Shown here: positions 1 to 10,626 of the stretch, piece by piece
Layout of the letters: each line of letters begins with the position of its first letter
Numbering within the stretch: the first letter of the stretch is position 1
Assembly: GCA_965240325.2 (NCBI GenBank)
Contig: OZ251243.1
Coordinates: 992,001 to 1,056,000 of the forward strand
Reading direction: 5' to 3'
Length of the DNA: 64,000 bases
Source: Rebecca billardiae RCC1528
Taxonomy: Eukaryota > Protista > Haptophyta
Notes under the pieces: model-generated
Told to the model about the DNA's origin: nothing
Databases searched by the model: none
The model's input: only the letters and a program-made list of their open reading frames with translations
Program-made: the position numbers and the translations under genes

Positions 1-262
1 ACGCATCATCAATTCATCACTACTCTCCAAGTCCAACTCGGTTCCGTTAAGTCCGTACGCCCTGACTCCACGCGACGTGTGCGTCGTCGTCAGGCTTCAT
101 CGGCGCAGGTCGGCGGCGCGGTCCTGCGCCGATCTTGGCTGGTTAACTTCATAACTTTCCGTCGTTCGTCGTCATCAGCAAGGAGCAGCAGCAGCAGCAG
201 CAGCATCGACATAGTAGTAGTCTGAGGCTGGAAGTCGTCGACTCGCCACTGACGAGTCGGGG

Positions 263-1768
263 TCACTGAGATGATGACGATTGACGTTGCTGATGATGAG
301 CCTCATCGTCGCCGTCGTCATTCAACCTGTGGAACGGGCGAGGGGCATCCAACGCGGGCCCATCCTCGTTACCGGCGCCGTCGTCGTCGGAACCGCCTGC
401 TGCCATAGCTGATGCCACACGTGCGTCACGCGCGCGTGTTGACAGCATCCCACCAGCTATCAGCGCCACCAGCGTGATGCTCGTGCAGCCGAGCATGGCC
501 GCGCCCAGCAACCACGCCGGTGCCTCGCGCCTTGACGGGCTCGCCCCCCGCTCCTCGCCCCCGTCGGCTGCCGCCGCGTTGCCGTGCGCCTTGCCGTACG
601 CTTCGTAGCCAAGCCCGAGAAGTGCGAGGGACACGGACACTGCGAGGGTTCCGAGCGCGAGCAAGACGCCCACCGCCACGCCCGGCCTCCGCGGGTGGCG
701 CAGCTGGCAGAGGGTGGTGCACTGGGTGGTCACGAGCCCGCGCCCGGTGGCGAGCACGAGCACGGGCGCGACGAGCGAGAGCCAGCCCGAGCGCACGTGC
801 GCGCACGGGAGCGTCAGCGCAAGCAGTGCGGCGCACGAGGCCCAAGCCAGCCACACGCCGACGGCAAGCGTCCGCGCGGAGCCCACGGCAGTGGCGAGGC
901 GCGTGCTCGCGTGCGCGCCCGCCGTGAAGAGCGCCGCGCACGCGACGAACGCGCCGACGAACTGGCGCGTGCTCAGGCCGAACGGCCCCTGCAGCAGCGG
1001 CGCGGACGTCGTCTCCCAGAGCACACGCGCGCAGAATGACGAAACGTCGATCGCGCACAGGCGGCGGTACGGGCCGTCACGCAGCGCCTCGGCCGCGCCC
1101 GCGAGTGTGTCGGCGCACATGGCGCGCGCGGTGGGCGCGGCGCGCGTGGGTGACGGCGGTGGGAGCGCGATGAGCCCGCATGCGAGTGCGAGGCCGGAGC
1201 CACCAAGGGCCGCCATCAGCGCGAACGCAGCGCGCCAATGCACACACTCCGACAGCGCCGCGCCCGCGACAGGGCCGACGACTGCTGAGAACGCGCGCGC
1301 GGTCACCAGCGCGCCTGCGGCGTGGCGTAGCGCGGGGCCGTCGTGCACCCTCAGGACCGGGACGAGCGCCTGCGAGACGACGACGATGGAGCCTCCGGCG
1401 AAGCCCTGCGCGAGGCGCAGGCCGAGCAGCACGCGCATCGACGGTGCAGCGATCAGCAGTGCACTCGTCGACGCGTAGCTCAGCAGCGCGGCGCGCAGCG
1501 TGAGCGCATGTCCGAGCGCGTCAGACAAGGCGCCCGCAATCAGCATCGCCGGGGCGACCCCGCACAGGTACACCGAGTTGATAAGCTCCGCCTCCCGCAG
1601 CCCGACGCCGAGCGCCGCACACGCCACGGGTAAGATGGGTACGAGCATCTCATATGTGATCGGGCCGCATAGCGCGATGCAGCAGAGCGCGAAGAGCACC
1701 GCGCGGCTCGGCTCGGCCGGTGTGGTGGCGTTTGCCGCGGCCGCGCGCATCGGCGACGGCCGCGTCAT
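263..1768 (-). CDS. MFS transporter, Bcr/CflA (DHA1)-like drug/metabolite exporter
   Basis: About 12 hydrophobic helices; motif-A-like GALSDALG after TM2, LRLAQGFAGG in TM4, motif-C-like VVGPVAGAAL, WRAAF. ATG at 1768 chosen; the upstream ORF extension overlaps the divergent gene. Confidence 0.85.
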   Translation of the reverse strand: MTRPSPMRAAAANATTPAEPSRAVLFALCCIALCGPITYEMLVPILPVACAALGVGLREAELINSVYLCGVAPAMLIAGALSDALGHALTLRAALLSYASTSALLIAAPSMRVLLGLRLAQGFAGGSIVVVSQALVPVLRVHDGPALRHAAGALVTARAFSAVVGPVAGAALSECVHWRAAFALMAALGGSGLALACGLIALPPPSPTRAAPTARAMCADTLAGAAEALRDGPYRRLCAIDVSSFCARVLWETTSAPLLQGPFGLSTRQFVGAFVACAALFTAGAHASTRLATAVGSARTLAVGVWLAWASCAALLALTLPCAHVRSGWLSLVAPVLVLATGRGLVTTQCTTLCQLRHPRRPGVAVGVLLALGTLAVSVSLALLGLGYEAYGKAHGNAAAADGGEERGASPSRREAPAWLLGAAMLGCTSITLVALIAGGMLSTRARDARVASAMAAGGSDDDGAGNEDGPALDAPRPFHRLNDDGDDEAHHQQRQSSSSQ

Positions 1769-1891
1769 TCCATCATCCCGGCAAGCAGACGCGGTACTGC
1801 ATGGCTCGGCGGCAGATCGCCCGAGATTTGTGAGTTGACGACCAGTAATGGCAGTAAAAAAACAATCACGAAACCTTGTGGATCGCGAACA

Positions 1892-3337
1892 ATGGCGGCC
1901 GCGGATCGGCGCGCTGAGAGAGCCGCGTCCCTCGTGCTGGTCATGGGCTGGTGCTTCCAGCCGGGCATCGCGCCATTGACTCCGCCCGCGCACAGGGACG
2001 ACGCGGATCCTCAGGCCGGGCTCGACGGGCTCGAGGCGCGGCTGCGAACGATGGCGGCCGGCGTGGACGAGCTGCTCGGCGAGATGCAGTCGACGCGCGC
2101 TCGGGTGGTGCTCGCGAGCGCGCGCATGCACCGCGCCCACGCGCAGATGAAGCGCCTCGCGGCCGCGATCTCTCAGCCTCGCGCCGCACGGCCTAGCTCG
2201 CCGGCGTGGGTGCGGCCTCGCACGTACGCGGGCGAGTGCTCAGACCCTGAGCCGCACGCCTCGGAGCAGCGCTGGAAGCCCAAGGCCAGGTGCCTCAAAC
2301 GGAACGTCACAGATCCCGTCGAATACCAGGAGCGCGCCGAGCGCGTGCGCCGATACGCGACGCGCGTGGTGAGCCGCTCGAACCTGACGGAGCTCGCGTA
2401 CATTGTCAGCCGCAACCGCCATGCGATGGCGCGCTACCCGAAGTCAGGCCGGCTGAGCGGTGCAATCTGCCGCGATCTCCTCGCGGACCCCAGCCACCAC
2501 TTCCACGACATGTGGGGCGACCCGCGGCGCAAGGGCCCCCCTCTGTGCGTGCCCGAGAGCGCCGAGCTGCTCCACGCGTGGCTGCGCGACATGCTCGGCG
2601 GCACGATGTGCGACCGCAACTGGTACGTCGGCGTGCCCGGCTGCACATCGCAGGAGGTCATGCCCGTGCAAGGCCTGGCGCGCACGCGCTCGGACGCGGC
2701 GCTCGGCTTCGACGACGAGCTGATCCGGGAGTGCAACGCGCAGGCGGGGTGCGTCGGGTCGCATGACGTGCCCGGCCCGCAGGCGTGCATGTACGCCGGC
2801 GTGAACCTGCTCGCCCTCTTCTCCAACGACCCCTCCTACAACATGTGCCGAAACCTCGAATGGGTCGTGTGCGCCGCGCAGGGCCGGCTGCCCAACCAGG
2901 GCGGCCCCCGCATGTACTTTGTGCCCGCGCCGGGCGATCTGCAGCTGCGCGTGCTGCACGTGGACGCGGACGCAGACCGCTACTCGATGCGCTCGATCTA
3001 CTTTCTCGAGGCGTGCGTGCTCAGCCACATCTGCCGCAACGGCGAGCGGCTCTTCACGCTGCGCGCGCGCGAGCGCTTCGAGTGCGAGTTTGATCCCGCA
3101 GCTCTGCACGACGTGGTGCAGCGCGGTATCTTCGCGCGCTACGGACCGATGCCGCGCGGGCAGAGCTGGCGGATGCCGTGGTTGCATGCGCCATCGCCCA
3201 GTGAGCGCCGCGGCCGCGCATCCCATCCGCGCAATCGCAAGCCGGCGGCGGCATCATCCGCGGAGTCGTCGTCCGACTTGACTACGGCTTCGTCGATGCG
3301 GGACACGCGGGCGACGCTGATGGGCCGACCCGAGTAA
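1892..3337 (+). CDS. Hypothetical protein with N-terminal coiled coil and Cys-rich C-terminal domain
   Basis: 481-aa ORF with protein-like composition (CDRNWY, CRNLEWVVCAAQGRLPNQG, EACVLSHICRNG); no family recognised. Confidence 0.65.
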   Translation: MAAADRRAERAASLVLVMGWCFQPGIAPLTPPAHRDDADPQAGLDGLEARLRTMAAGVDELLGEMQSTRARVVLASARMHRAHAQMKRLAAAISQPRAARPSSPAWVRPRTYAGECSDPEPHASEQRWKPKARCLKRNVTDPVEYQERAERVRRYATRVVSRSNLTELAYIVSRNRHAMARYPKSGRLSGAICRDLLADPSHHFHDMWGDPRRKGPPLCVPESAELLHAWLRDMLGGTMCDRNWYVGVPGCTSQEVMPVQGLARTRSDAALGFDDELIRECNAQAGCVGSHDVPGPQACMYAGVNLLALFSNDPSYNMCRNLEWVVCAAQGRLPNQGGPRMYFVPAPGDLQLRVLHVDADADRYSMRSIYFLEACVLSHICRNGERLFTLRARERFECEFDPAALHDVVQRGIFARYGPMPRGQSWRMPWLHAPSPSERRGRASHPRNRKPAAASSAESSSDLTTASSMRDTRATLMGRPE

Positions 3338-3757
3338 GCTAGCGCGCCCACTACCACAGCAACTGCGGCCGACGGGCGACGACGCCGGCTGGCGAGTGGC
3401 GGCGTGATGCCGCCAAATTCTTGCCCCTCATCGGGCGATCGATAGCGATCGATATATGCTGACGACGAATGATATGCGCGCTGATATATTCTGATGATGA
3501 CGATATATATATATATGATGATGATCCGGAAGTACTGCGTATGCTGATGATGATGTTAGTTGTTACTGCTTGTCGTTACAACGACCAAATCCGAACTGAC
3601 AACGTCGCAGTCGGCACGGCTGGTCTGCTGGACCGCCACCGCCTCGCGGTGCCGATGATGTGGAGCCATCGGGCTCGGCGTGCGGCCGGTGCGGGGCCGA
3701 CCACCGTCCGATCCCCTTCGCGCGTCATCTGCTGACGACACTGTCTTAAGATTTGAG

Positions 3758-5716
3758 TCACCGCTTGCGCTTGCGGGACGGGCGGCGACAAGGGTCGTCC
3801 ATGTCCAACGCCAGCGTCTCCATCAGCTCGACTGCCTCGGCAGGGTCCTCTCGCTTGAATGCAGCCCACCGCTCCTGCTTTGTGAGCGCCTTGATCTGCT
3901 CCCTGGCGAGCGTACGCACGGCCTCTGTGAGCCGCGGACACCCGCCCATCGCCTTGGCGTGCCGCAGCAGGTCGAGGCAGTTGTCCACGTCCAGACCGGC
4001 GAGCAGCGAGTCCTCGCACCGACGCGCGACGTCCACCAGCACGTCGGCGACCGCAGCCGCAGCCGACCCCTCCGAGCCCTCCTGCGGTGGCGGCGGCCGC
4101 AGCTTGCACACCAGCCGGGCGAGCTCGAGCAACACGGACGTCTCGTCCGGCAGCGGCGCTACGCCCGCCGAGTGCAGCTGGCGCAGCAGCGCCTCATGCG
4201 CCGCGGAGCTGAAGTCAGGGTCCGCAGCCAGCTCGCGCTGGCTGCCCTCCGCTAGCCCGCCGCCCAGCTGCCGCTCGTAGTACTGCGAGTGCTGCGCCAG
4301 CAGCAGCCGGCTCGCGCCCAGCTCGGTGCCGTCCGCGCACCGCAGCACCACGTCGTGCTGCCGCGTGGGCTCGCCCACCGCGTCGCCCAGCGAGCACAGC
4401 CGCGCGTGCGAGCGGCGCAGCTCAGCCTCGCTGTCTGCGAGCCGCGCGTGCGCCTCGCCTGCTGAGGCGCACGCGCGGTGCAGCACAGCATCGTCGCTGC
4501 CGTCGCATCGCAGCAGTCCCTTGAGAGCGCGCAGCGCAGAGGGCTGCAAGCGCGCGACTGGACGAAGGGGATTGCCGCCGCCGACGCCGTCGGCGATGAG
4601 CACGTCGCAGCTGTGCAGCGCGCGCTGCAGCGCGCTGACCAGCCCAGGCGCGCGTGCAATGTCTGCTCGGTGCGCGCCGGGCTGCTCAATGATGTCGACC
4701 AGCGCATCGACAGCATGCAGCGTTGCCCAGCGCAAATGGTCAGAGCCATCGCACACGCGCAGCAGCAGGGGCACGAGGTGGTCACAGAGCCCGTGGCTCA
4801 CCAACGAGCGGCAGGTCGCTTCGTCCGCGCCATGGGCACACGCGCAGATTGCAAATGCTGCAGCTTGCTGCACAGCATCGTCAACCGCGCCGAGCAGCGC
4901 CACGAGCGGCTGGATGCAGCCCGCCTCGATGAACCCCGTAGGCGTGGAATCGAAGCAGACCACCATGGCCAGTCTGCCGAGAATGCAAGCTGCCGCTCGT
5001 TGCAAGCGCACGCGAGCAGCCCCGAGCAGCGACACGAGCGCACGGATCGCGCCCGCTCCAACAAGCTCTGCGGCGCTTGCCTCGAGCCCATCATACTGTG
5101 CGCGTCTCGTATTCTTAGTAAACTGTTGATTGAGCGCGACGAGCAGAGTCTCCGCTGCAGCCGTCTGCACGTCTTCGTTCGCAGATCGGAGCAGAGACAC
5201 GAGCGGCGGGATGGCGCCCAACTTGATCATCTCCCCATCTACGACATTGGGAAGCCAGCCCAGTGCGACAGCAGCGTCGCGCTGCACGCCCTCATCCTTC
5301 GACCGCAACAGCGACACGAGCGCCGGGAATGCGCCATGGTCCTCGAAGGCTTCGAGCAGCTTTGGCATCTCGTCGCCAGAGTCAACAGAGATCCACAGGG
5401 TGTACATGGCGTGCACCGCAGCTACATGCACCTCGGCGCAGTAGCCGTGCGCTAGGAGCTGCACCAGCCCCGGCAGAGCCTGCGATTCGATGATCGCCCG
5501 CGTGTCCTCGATATCAACCATGTCCTCGACGCAGAATGGGACGAGCGCCGCAATCATCGCCTCCCTGTCTGGGCGCCTGGCACGCAGCGCAGCAACCAGT
5601 GTGTTGACTGCCTCGGCGCTGAGCGGACCGTCAGATTGCTTCTGTGCGCGCGCGCGCGCCATTGCCTCGTCAAGCAGCGCCGATGCGGCATTAGACGGCA
5701 TCGGCGGCACGGACAT
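3758..5716 (-). CDS. Armadillo-repeat protein with C-terminal BTB/POZ(-BACK) domain (ARIA-like architecture, probable CUL3 adaptor)
   Basis: Repeated GAIPPLVSLLRS..EDVQ.AAA ARM units; BTB motif HDVVLRCADG...ASRLLLAQHSQYYERQL; BACK-like LDVDNCLDLL. The start could lie further upstream (ORF open to 5917). Confidence 0.85.
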   Translation of the reverse strand: MSVPPMPSNAASALLDEAMARARAQKQSDGPLSAEAVNTLVAALRARRPDREAMIAALVPFCVEDMVDIEDTRAIIESQALPGLVQLLAHGYCAEVHVAAVHAMYTLWISVDSGDEMPKLLEAFEDHGAFPALVSLLRSKDEGVQRDAAVALGWLPNVVDGEMIKLGAIPPLVSLLRSANEDVQTAAAETLLVALNQQFTKNTRRAQYDGLEASAAELVGAGAIRALVSLLGAARVRLQRAAACILGRLAMVVCFDSTPTGFIEAGCIQPLVALLGAVDDAVQQAAAFAICACAHGADEATCRSLVSHGLCDHLVPLLLRVCDGSDHLRWATLHAVDALVDIIEQPGAHRADIARAPGLVSALQRALHSCDVLIADGVGGGNPLRPVARLQPSALRALKGLLRCDGSDDAVLHRACASAGEAHARLADSEAELRRSHARLCSLGDAVGEPTRQHDVVLRCADGTELGASRLLLAQHSQYYERQLGGGLAEGSQRELAADPDFSSAAHEALLRQLHSAGVAPLPDETSVLLELARLVCKLRPPPPQEGSEGSAAAAVADVLVDVARRCEDSLLAGLDVDNCLDLLRHAKAMGGCPRLTEAVRTLAREQIKALTKQERWAAFKREDPAEAVELMETLALDMDDPCRRPSRKRKR

Positions 5717-5933
5717 CGCACGACGACGGGTCACGGGCAGATCTTCACCGGCGCCCGCCTCGCAGTGGCCCCGCTTCGCCTCTCCAGCTCGGCCTGGCTC
5801 GCCTCCCGCCAATCGCCAGCTCGCTGAGCCTCGCAGGCGTGCGGTGAGAGTCCGGGCCTCCTCCTGCTGAGCAACCTGCTCGGCGCTCGCGGTGGGTCCG
5901 GGGGACACGTGTTTCACGATGCCAGCGAGGACA

Positions 5934-6668
5934 ATGCGGGCTCATCATGGCAAGTGGCTTCTCGCCGCCTCGGCCCTGCTGTGGGCCGTGGCGCGGGCGG
6001 AGCCGTTCGTGATGCTCATGAAGAGCGTGTCGCGTGTCGAGGCTGTCTACGGCGAGGCCATCGAGGTGGAGCTTCGCCTCTTCAACAAGGGCGATGCGCC
6101 GGCGTACAGTCTCGCGGTGGCCGACCCCGACTGGAGCACGGCCAAGTTCGAGCTGGTCAAGGGCAAGAAGGAGACGTCCGTGGACGCGCTTGGCGCGAAC
6201 GAGAACATCACGCACACGTGCGCGCCGCGCCGAGCGCGTGTCCGCCCCTGCTCGCGCGCCGCCCACCACGCCGCCTCACGCCGCCACGCCGGCCGCCACG
6301 TGCGCCCTCGCCCCGCGCCGCGGCCCGTGGCGAACAGGTTCACCCTGCGCCCAGTCTTCTCGGGGATGCACACGCCGGTGTCGGCGACCGTCTCGTACGC
6401 AGCCGCCAAGGGCGGCAAGAGCGTGACGCACACATCCAACGCGCCGCCGCAGATGACGGTGCTCTCGCGCGGGCAGAAGTACCTCAAATGGGCCCTCGCG
6501 GTCGGCCGCGTCCTCTCTCTCAACTTCGTGCGCACCGCGCGCGGCTGGGCGATGGTGACGCTGAGCTGGATGGGGCTCTTCGGGCTCGTCGGGCTGTTTA
6601 AGCTGCAGCAAAAGATGCGGGTATGGAGGCACGAGCGCGCCATCGCCGAGATGGAGAAGATGAAGTGA
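5934..6668 (+). CDS. SSR2: Translocon-associated protein beta (TRAP-beta); exons 5934-6217 and 6338-6668
   Basis: Signal peptide; IEVELRLFNKGDAPAY..V.D..W and N.TH.FTLRP motifs; C-terminal TM. The 120-nt GT..AG intron 6218-6337 removes an Arg-rich stretch. Confidence 0.8.
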   Translation: MRAHHGKWLLAASALLWAVARAEPFVMLMKSVSRVEAVYGEAIEVELRLFNKGDAPAYSLAVADPDWSTAKFELVKGKKETSVDALGANENITHTCAPRRARVRPCSRAAHHAASRRHAGRHVRPRPAPRPVANRFTLRPVFSGMHTPVSATVSYAAAKGGKSVTHTSNAPPQMTVLSRGQKYLKWALAVGRVLSLNFVRTARGWAMVTLSWMGLFGLVGLFKLQQKMRVWRHERAIAEMEKMK

Positions 6669-7417
6669 GCCGCTCTGCGCTCGCGCGCGCGGCCCGGCCC
6701 GGCCCGGTCTGCGCGGCACTACTTGGCATCTGGGTGACCAGATGGCGGGCCTTGCGCGGAGACATGGCCCACTGAGTGGCGGCTGCAATCGAGTGGGCAC
6801 CGCTCGAGGCCGCCGCGTCACTCTTGCTGCCCGCACCCTGGCAGCGAGAGAGAGCTGCTGAGGACATGCCGTCCGGACCTGTGGGGCTGGCGCGTCGACC
6901 GGCCGCGGGGCCGGCGCTGATACATTATCAACGCTCTGAGACGGGCGCGGCTCTGCTGCCCGGAGGCGTCGCCGTCGGACGCACTGTCAACCAATGGTGA
7001 CCATTGCATTGGCAATACGTGCTGCTGTGCTGCCGAGGTGGCGCGGAGTGCCGTCTTCGGACTCTCGTGACCGTGTCACCGTGTGGCGTGTCCGATGGCG
7101 GCGCACTCAGCCTCAGCCGACGCGGGATTAGATGTGACGTGACGCCTGCAATCTATGATTTAACGACACAGGTAGGACGGCGCCCTGGGTCTCCTGATTC
7201 GTCGTCGGCAGTGCCCGATTACCGCCTTGGCCCGATCGTCGACACGAAGTCGGCGTGGTGTCAGAGTCTCAATGTAAGTGTCAGTGAGATACCATTGTTA
7301 CAACTAGATTGATGCCGTGCTTGCAGCTGAAGTGACGATGAGTTATGAATCAATTTGCTGATGAGGGCGGCAATTTATCGGCGGAAAAATCGCTCCGCCG
7401 CGGGCGGCGTGCGGGCG

Positions 7418-8140
7418 ATGACGACAACGGACGAAATGATCGGCGCGGGGGGAGAGCTGATGGTGAGAATGCTGGGCTTCGGCTCGCTCATGAGCGAGGC
7501 ATCGGCCAGGCTCACGACACCGTCCCTTGTCAACTTCCACTACGTGCGCATCTTGAACCACCGTCGGGTATTCGGGCACACGCCGCCCCTCTTCTTTGAG
7601 AATGGCATCGCGCACGCGGAGACCCTTCAGATCTCGTCGCTCTCGGCCGAGCCGTGCGAGGGAGCATCCTTCTGCGGTGTGGCTTTTGACATCCCGGCGG
7701 CCGAATGGGACGCTCTTGTTGAGCGTGAGGACGAGTACGTGCTCGCGCCGGCCGAGTGCGAGCCGCTCGACGGGCCAGCGGATGGCGTCGGCAGAGGGAT
7801 GCTGTGCACACGCGCGTCGGACGACGTGCTGAGGGAGCGCGGCGTGTGGCCTCGATATGAGAAGGCGCTGGCGGCGATCCCGCCGGAGCGCCACGCGGCG
7901 ACGTGCTGGCACTGGAGCGAGGACAGTGGGCTCCTTCCCTGCGCCACGTACTTGCGGCACTGCCTGCTGTCCTCGCGCCGCCCTGATGTCCCGCAGGCTG
8001 TGCGCGAGAGCTTCCTGGACGACACGTTCCTCGTGGATCGGCAGACGTCGCTTCGGGCCTACCTCGCGCGGCCTGGCGTTGAGGAGCGTGTCATGGCCAG
8101 CCTGCCGCCCGCCGGTCTGGAGGCGCGCTACGGTGGGTAA
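7418..8140 (+). CDS. Gamma-glutamylcyclotransferase (GGCT/ChaC)-fold protein, copy A
   Basis: LGFGSLMS motif, HRRVF, L..RE..Y catalytic-like segment, YLRHC. Confidence 0.7.
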   Translation: MTTTDEMIGAGGELMVRMLGFGSLMSEASARLTTPSLVNFHYVRILNHRRVFGHTPPLFFENGIAHAETLQISSLSAEPCEGASFCGVAFDIPAAEWDALVEREDEYVLAPAECEPLDGPADGVGRGMLCTRASDDVLRERGVWPRYEKALAAIPPERHAATCWHWSEDSGLLPCATYLRHCLLSSRRPDVPQAVRESFLDDTFLVDRQTSLRAYLARPGVEERVMASLPPAGLEARYGG

Positions 8141-8369
8141 AAGGCCGAGCCGATCTACATGTATGGCTGGCGACCGTTGGTCGATCGCCCCGGCGCAACG
8201 CTGCTGCCGAGTGAGTGCAGGCTCACGAGTCAGGGCAGTCACTACAGTTTACTATGTCGTTATAACGTGCACACTTGGTTAACCAGGCTGCCGACGGTCT
8301 GCTTAATTAATAACGCGGTCATACGTGCTGCTGCCGCGATACGCTGAGTCACTGATCCGCATAGTGGCC

Positions 8370-8400
<31 letters not shown>
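8370..8400. repeat. (TA)n microsatellite abutting the 3' end of hairpin element copy 1
   Basis: Direct reading. Confidence 0.95.
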
Positions 8401-8403
<3 letters not shown>

Positions 8404-9194
8404 CCGCGTTCCGCGGTCCTTTTCCGTAGAACCAACGCAGTTCGGGGCCCGCGGCGCAGTGGTTGAGAATGAGACTGACGAGTCAGTCAGTCCGAGTCAG
8501 AAAGACAGTTCAGCCACTCTGAGAGGGAGAGTCAGACCCGAGACCGAGTCTCGGACTTGGCGCGAGTATGCGGGCGCGCACGGCCAAGGGTGGCATGGGA
8601 CACCAGCGGACGGGCCGCGCGGGGAAGCGGGGCGGCGCGCTCGCAGGGCGAGAGGCGCGGACGGGCCGCGCGGGGAAGCGGGGCGGCGGCGCGCGCAGGG
8701 CGAGAGGGCGAGAGGCGCCGCGCGGCGCCGGGCCGGCGCGTGCGCGCGTGCGGGCGCACCTGCTTCAGCTTGCAAGGTGCTCGCGCTGCGCCATGCGCTC
8801 GACGAAGGGCCGCTGGTCGCGAGCCGGCGCGTGCGCGCGAGCGGGCGCACCTGCTTGAGGTACTCGCCCTGCGCCATGCGCTCGACGACGGGCCGCTGGT
8901 CGCTCAGCCGGCACGCCTCGTGCCGGCAGAGCGAGAGCGCGCGCCACTGCAGACTGCTGGCCCGCCGGCCTGCCGGCTGCGCAGCCGCGCACCGAGACCG
9001 ACCGAGCGGAGCTCGGGGCGGTGGAACGAGGCGAGCGGCGCGTCGCGCCTGCCGCCGCGCGTGCGCGCCTGCTCCACCGCGCCGCCGTGCTCGCCCGCCG
9101 CCTCCTCCGCCGCGTCGGCCTCGAAGACGGCGGCTGCCAGCGGCAGGCCGTGAGCTGCGCGCGGCTCACTCACACTGTCTGTGAGTCCTCACGC

Positions 9195-10287
9195 TGCTGC
9201 CGGACCTCCGCGCCGCCGTCGACCGAGTTGAGGAGGAGCTCGCGCTCGGCGTCGAGGCGCGAGCTCGCGTGCTCGTGCTCGCCCTTCAGCCGCGCGAGCT
9301 CCGGGCGCATCCGGCTCATCAGCTCTGCCGCGCCGCTCGCTCGGCGGCGGCGGGCGGCGCGCTCTGCTCCGGTCGGCGAGCGACGAGCTCGCGTGCTCCG
9401 GACTCGGCTCGCCCTTGCGCGCTGCTCCTCGAGTGACGAACGCGCCCGCGGGCAGGTTGTTGCCCGTCGCCCCCGCCGCGATCTCGCCGCCCCCGCCGCG
9501 ATCTCGTCGCCCGCCGCCTCCTCCGCCGCGTCGGCCTCGAAGACGGCGGCTGCCAGCGGCAGGCTGAGCTGCGCGCGGCTCTGCCTGCCGGACCTCCGCG
9601 CCGCCGTCGACCGAGTTGAGGAGGAGCTCGCGCTCGGCGTCGAGGCGCGAGCTCGCGTGCTCGTGCTCGCCCTTCAGCCGCGCGAGCTCCGGGCGCATCC
9701 GGCTCATCAGCTCTGCCGCGCCGCTCGCTCGGCGGCGGCGGGCGGCGCGCTCTGCTCCGGTCGGCGAGCGACGAGCTCGCGTGCTCCGGACTCGGCTCGC
9801 CCTTGCGCGCTGCTCCTCGAGTGACGAACGCGCCCGCGGGCAGGTTGTTGCCCGTCGCCCCCGCCGCGATCTCGCCGCCCCCGCCGCGATCTCGTCGCCC
9901 GCCGCCTCCTCCGCCGCGTCGGCCTCGAAGACGGCGGCTGCCAGCGGCAGGCTGAGCTGCGCGCGGCTCTGCCTGCCGGACCTCCGCGCCGCCGTCGACC
10001 GAGTTGAGGAGGAGCTCGCGCTCGGCGTCGAGGCGCGAGCTCGCGTGCTCGTGCTCGCCCTTCAGCCGCGCGAGCTCCGGGCGCATCCGGCTCATCAGCT
10101 CTGCCGCGCCGCTCGCTCGGCGGCGGCGGGCGGCGCGCTCTGCTCCGGTCGGCGAGCGACGAGCTCGCGTGCTCCGGACTCGGATCGCCCTTGCGCGCTG
10201 CTCCTCGAGTGACGAACGCGCCCGCGGGCAGGTTGTTGCCCGTCGCCCCCGCCGCGATCTCGCCGCCCCCGCCGCGATCTCGTCGAG
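9195..10287. repeat. Tandem repeat, 388-bp unit, about 3 near-identical copies, inside element copy 1
   Basis: Same text at 9513/9901 and 9616/10004 (offset 388); the minus strand reads as a decayed coiled-coil fragment. Confidence 0.95.
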
Positions 10288-10374
10288 CATGTGTCCGTGG
10301 CGCGCGCCTGCGAGGTGACAGGCGGGCCGCGAGCTCAGCCTCGGGGAGAGCGGAGCGAGAGGGCGCTGAGACGC

Positions 10375-10626
10375 GCGGCCTGCGAGGCGACAGGCGCGCT
10401 CGGGGAGAGCATTTTACTATTCACATTTAGACGTGATCAAGTTTCCCGAGCCCTTGCCTTGCCGTTTTTATCGGTTGGCGGTTGGCGGCAATCTCATACT
10501 GCGGCCTGCGAGGCGACAGGCGCGCTCGGGGAGAGCATTTTACTATTCACATTTAAAAGTGATCAAGTTTCCCGAGCCCTTGCCTTGCCGTTTTTATCGG
10601 TTGGCGGTTGGCGGCAATCTCATACT
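10375..10626. repeat. 126-bp tandem duplication inside element copy 1
   Basis: gcggcctgcgaggcgacagg...caatctcatact at 10375 and 10501. Confidence 0.95.

Noticed and set aside
6700-7340. Intergenic stretch with small ORFs
   Set aside because: No motifs, paired ends or repeats that I could verify.
9195-10287. Regular repeats as a possible CRISPR array
   Set aside because: Units are contiguous 388-bp tandem copies without unique spacers, in eukaryotic DNA with no cas genes.
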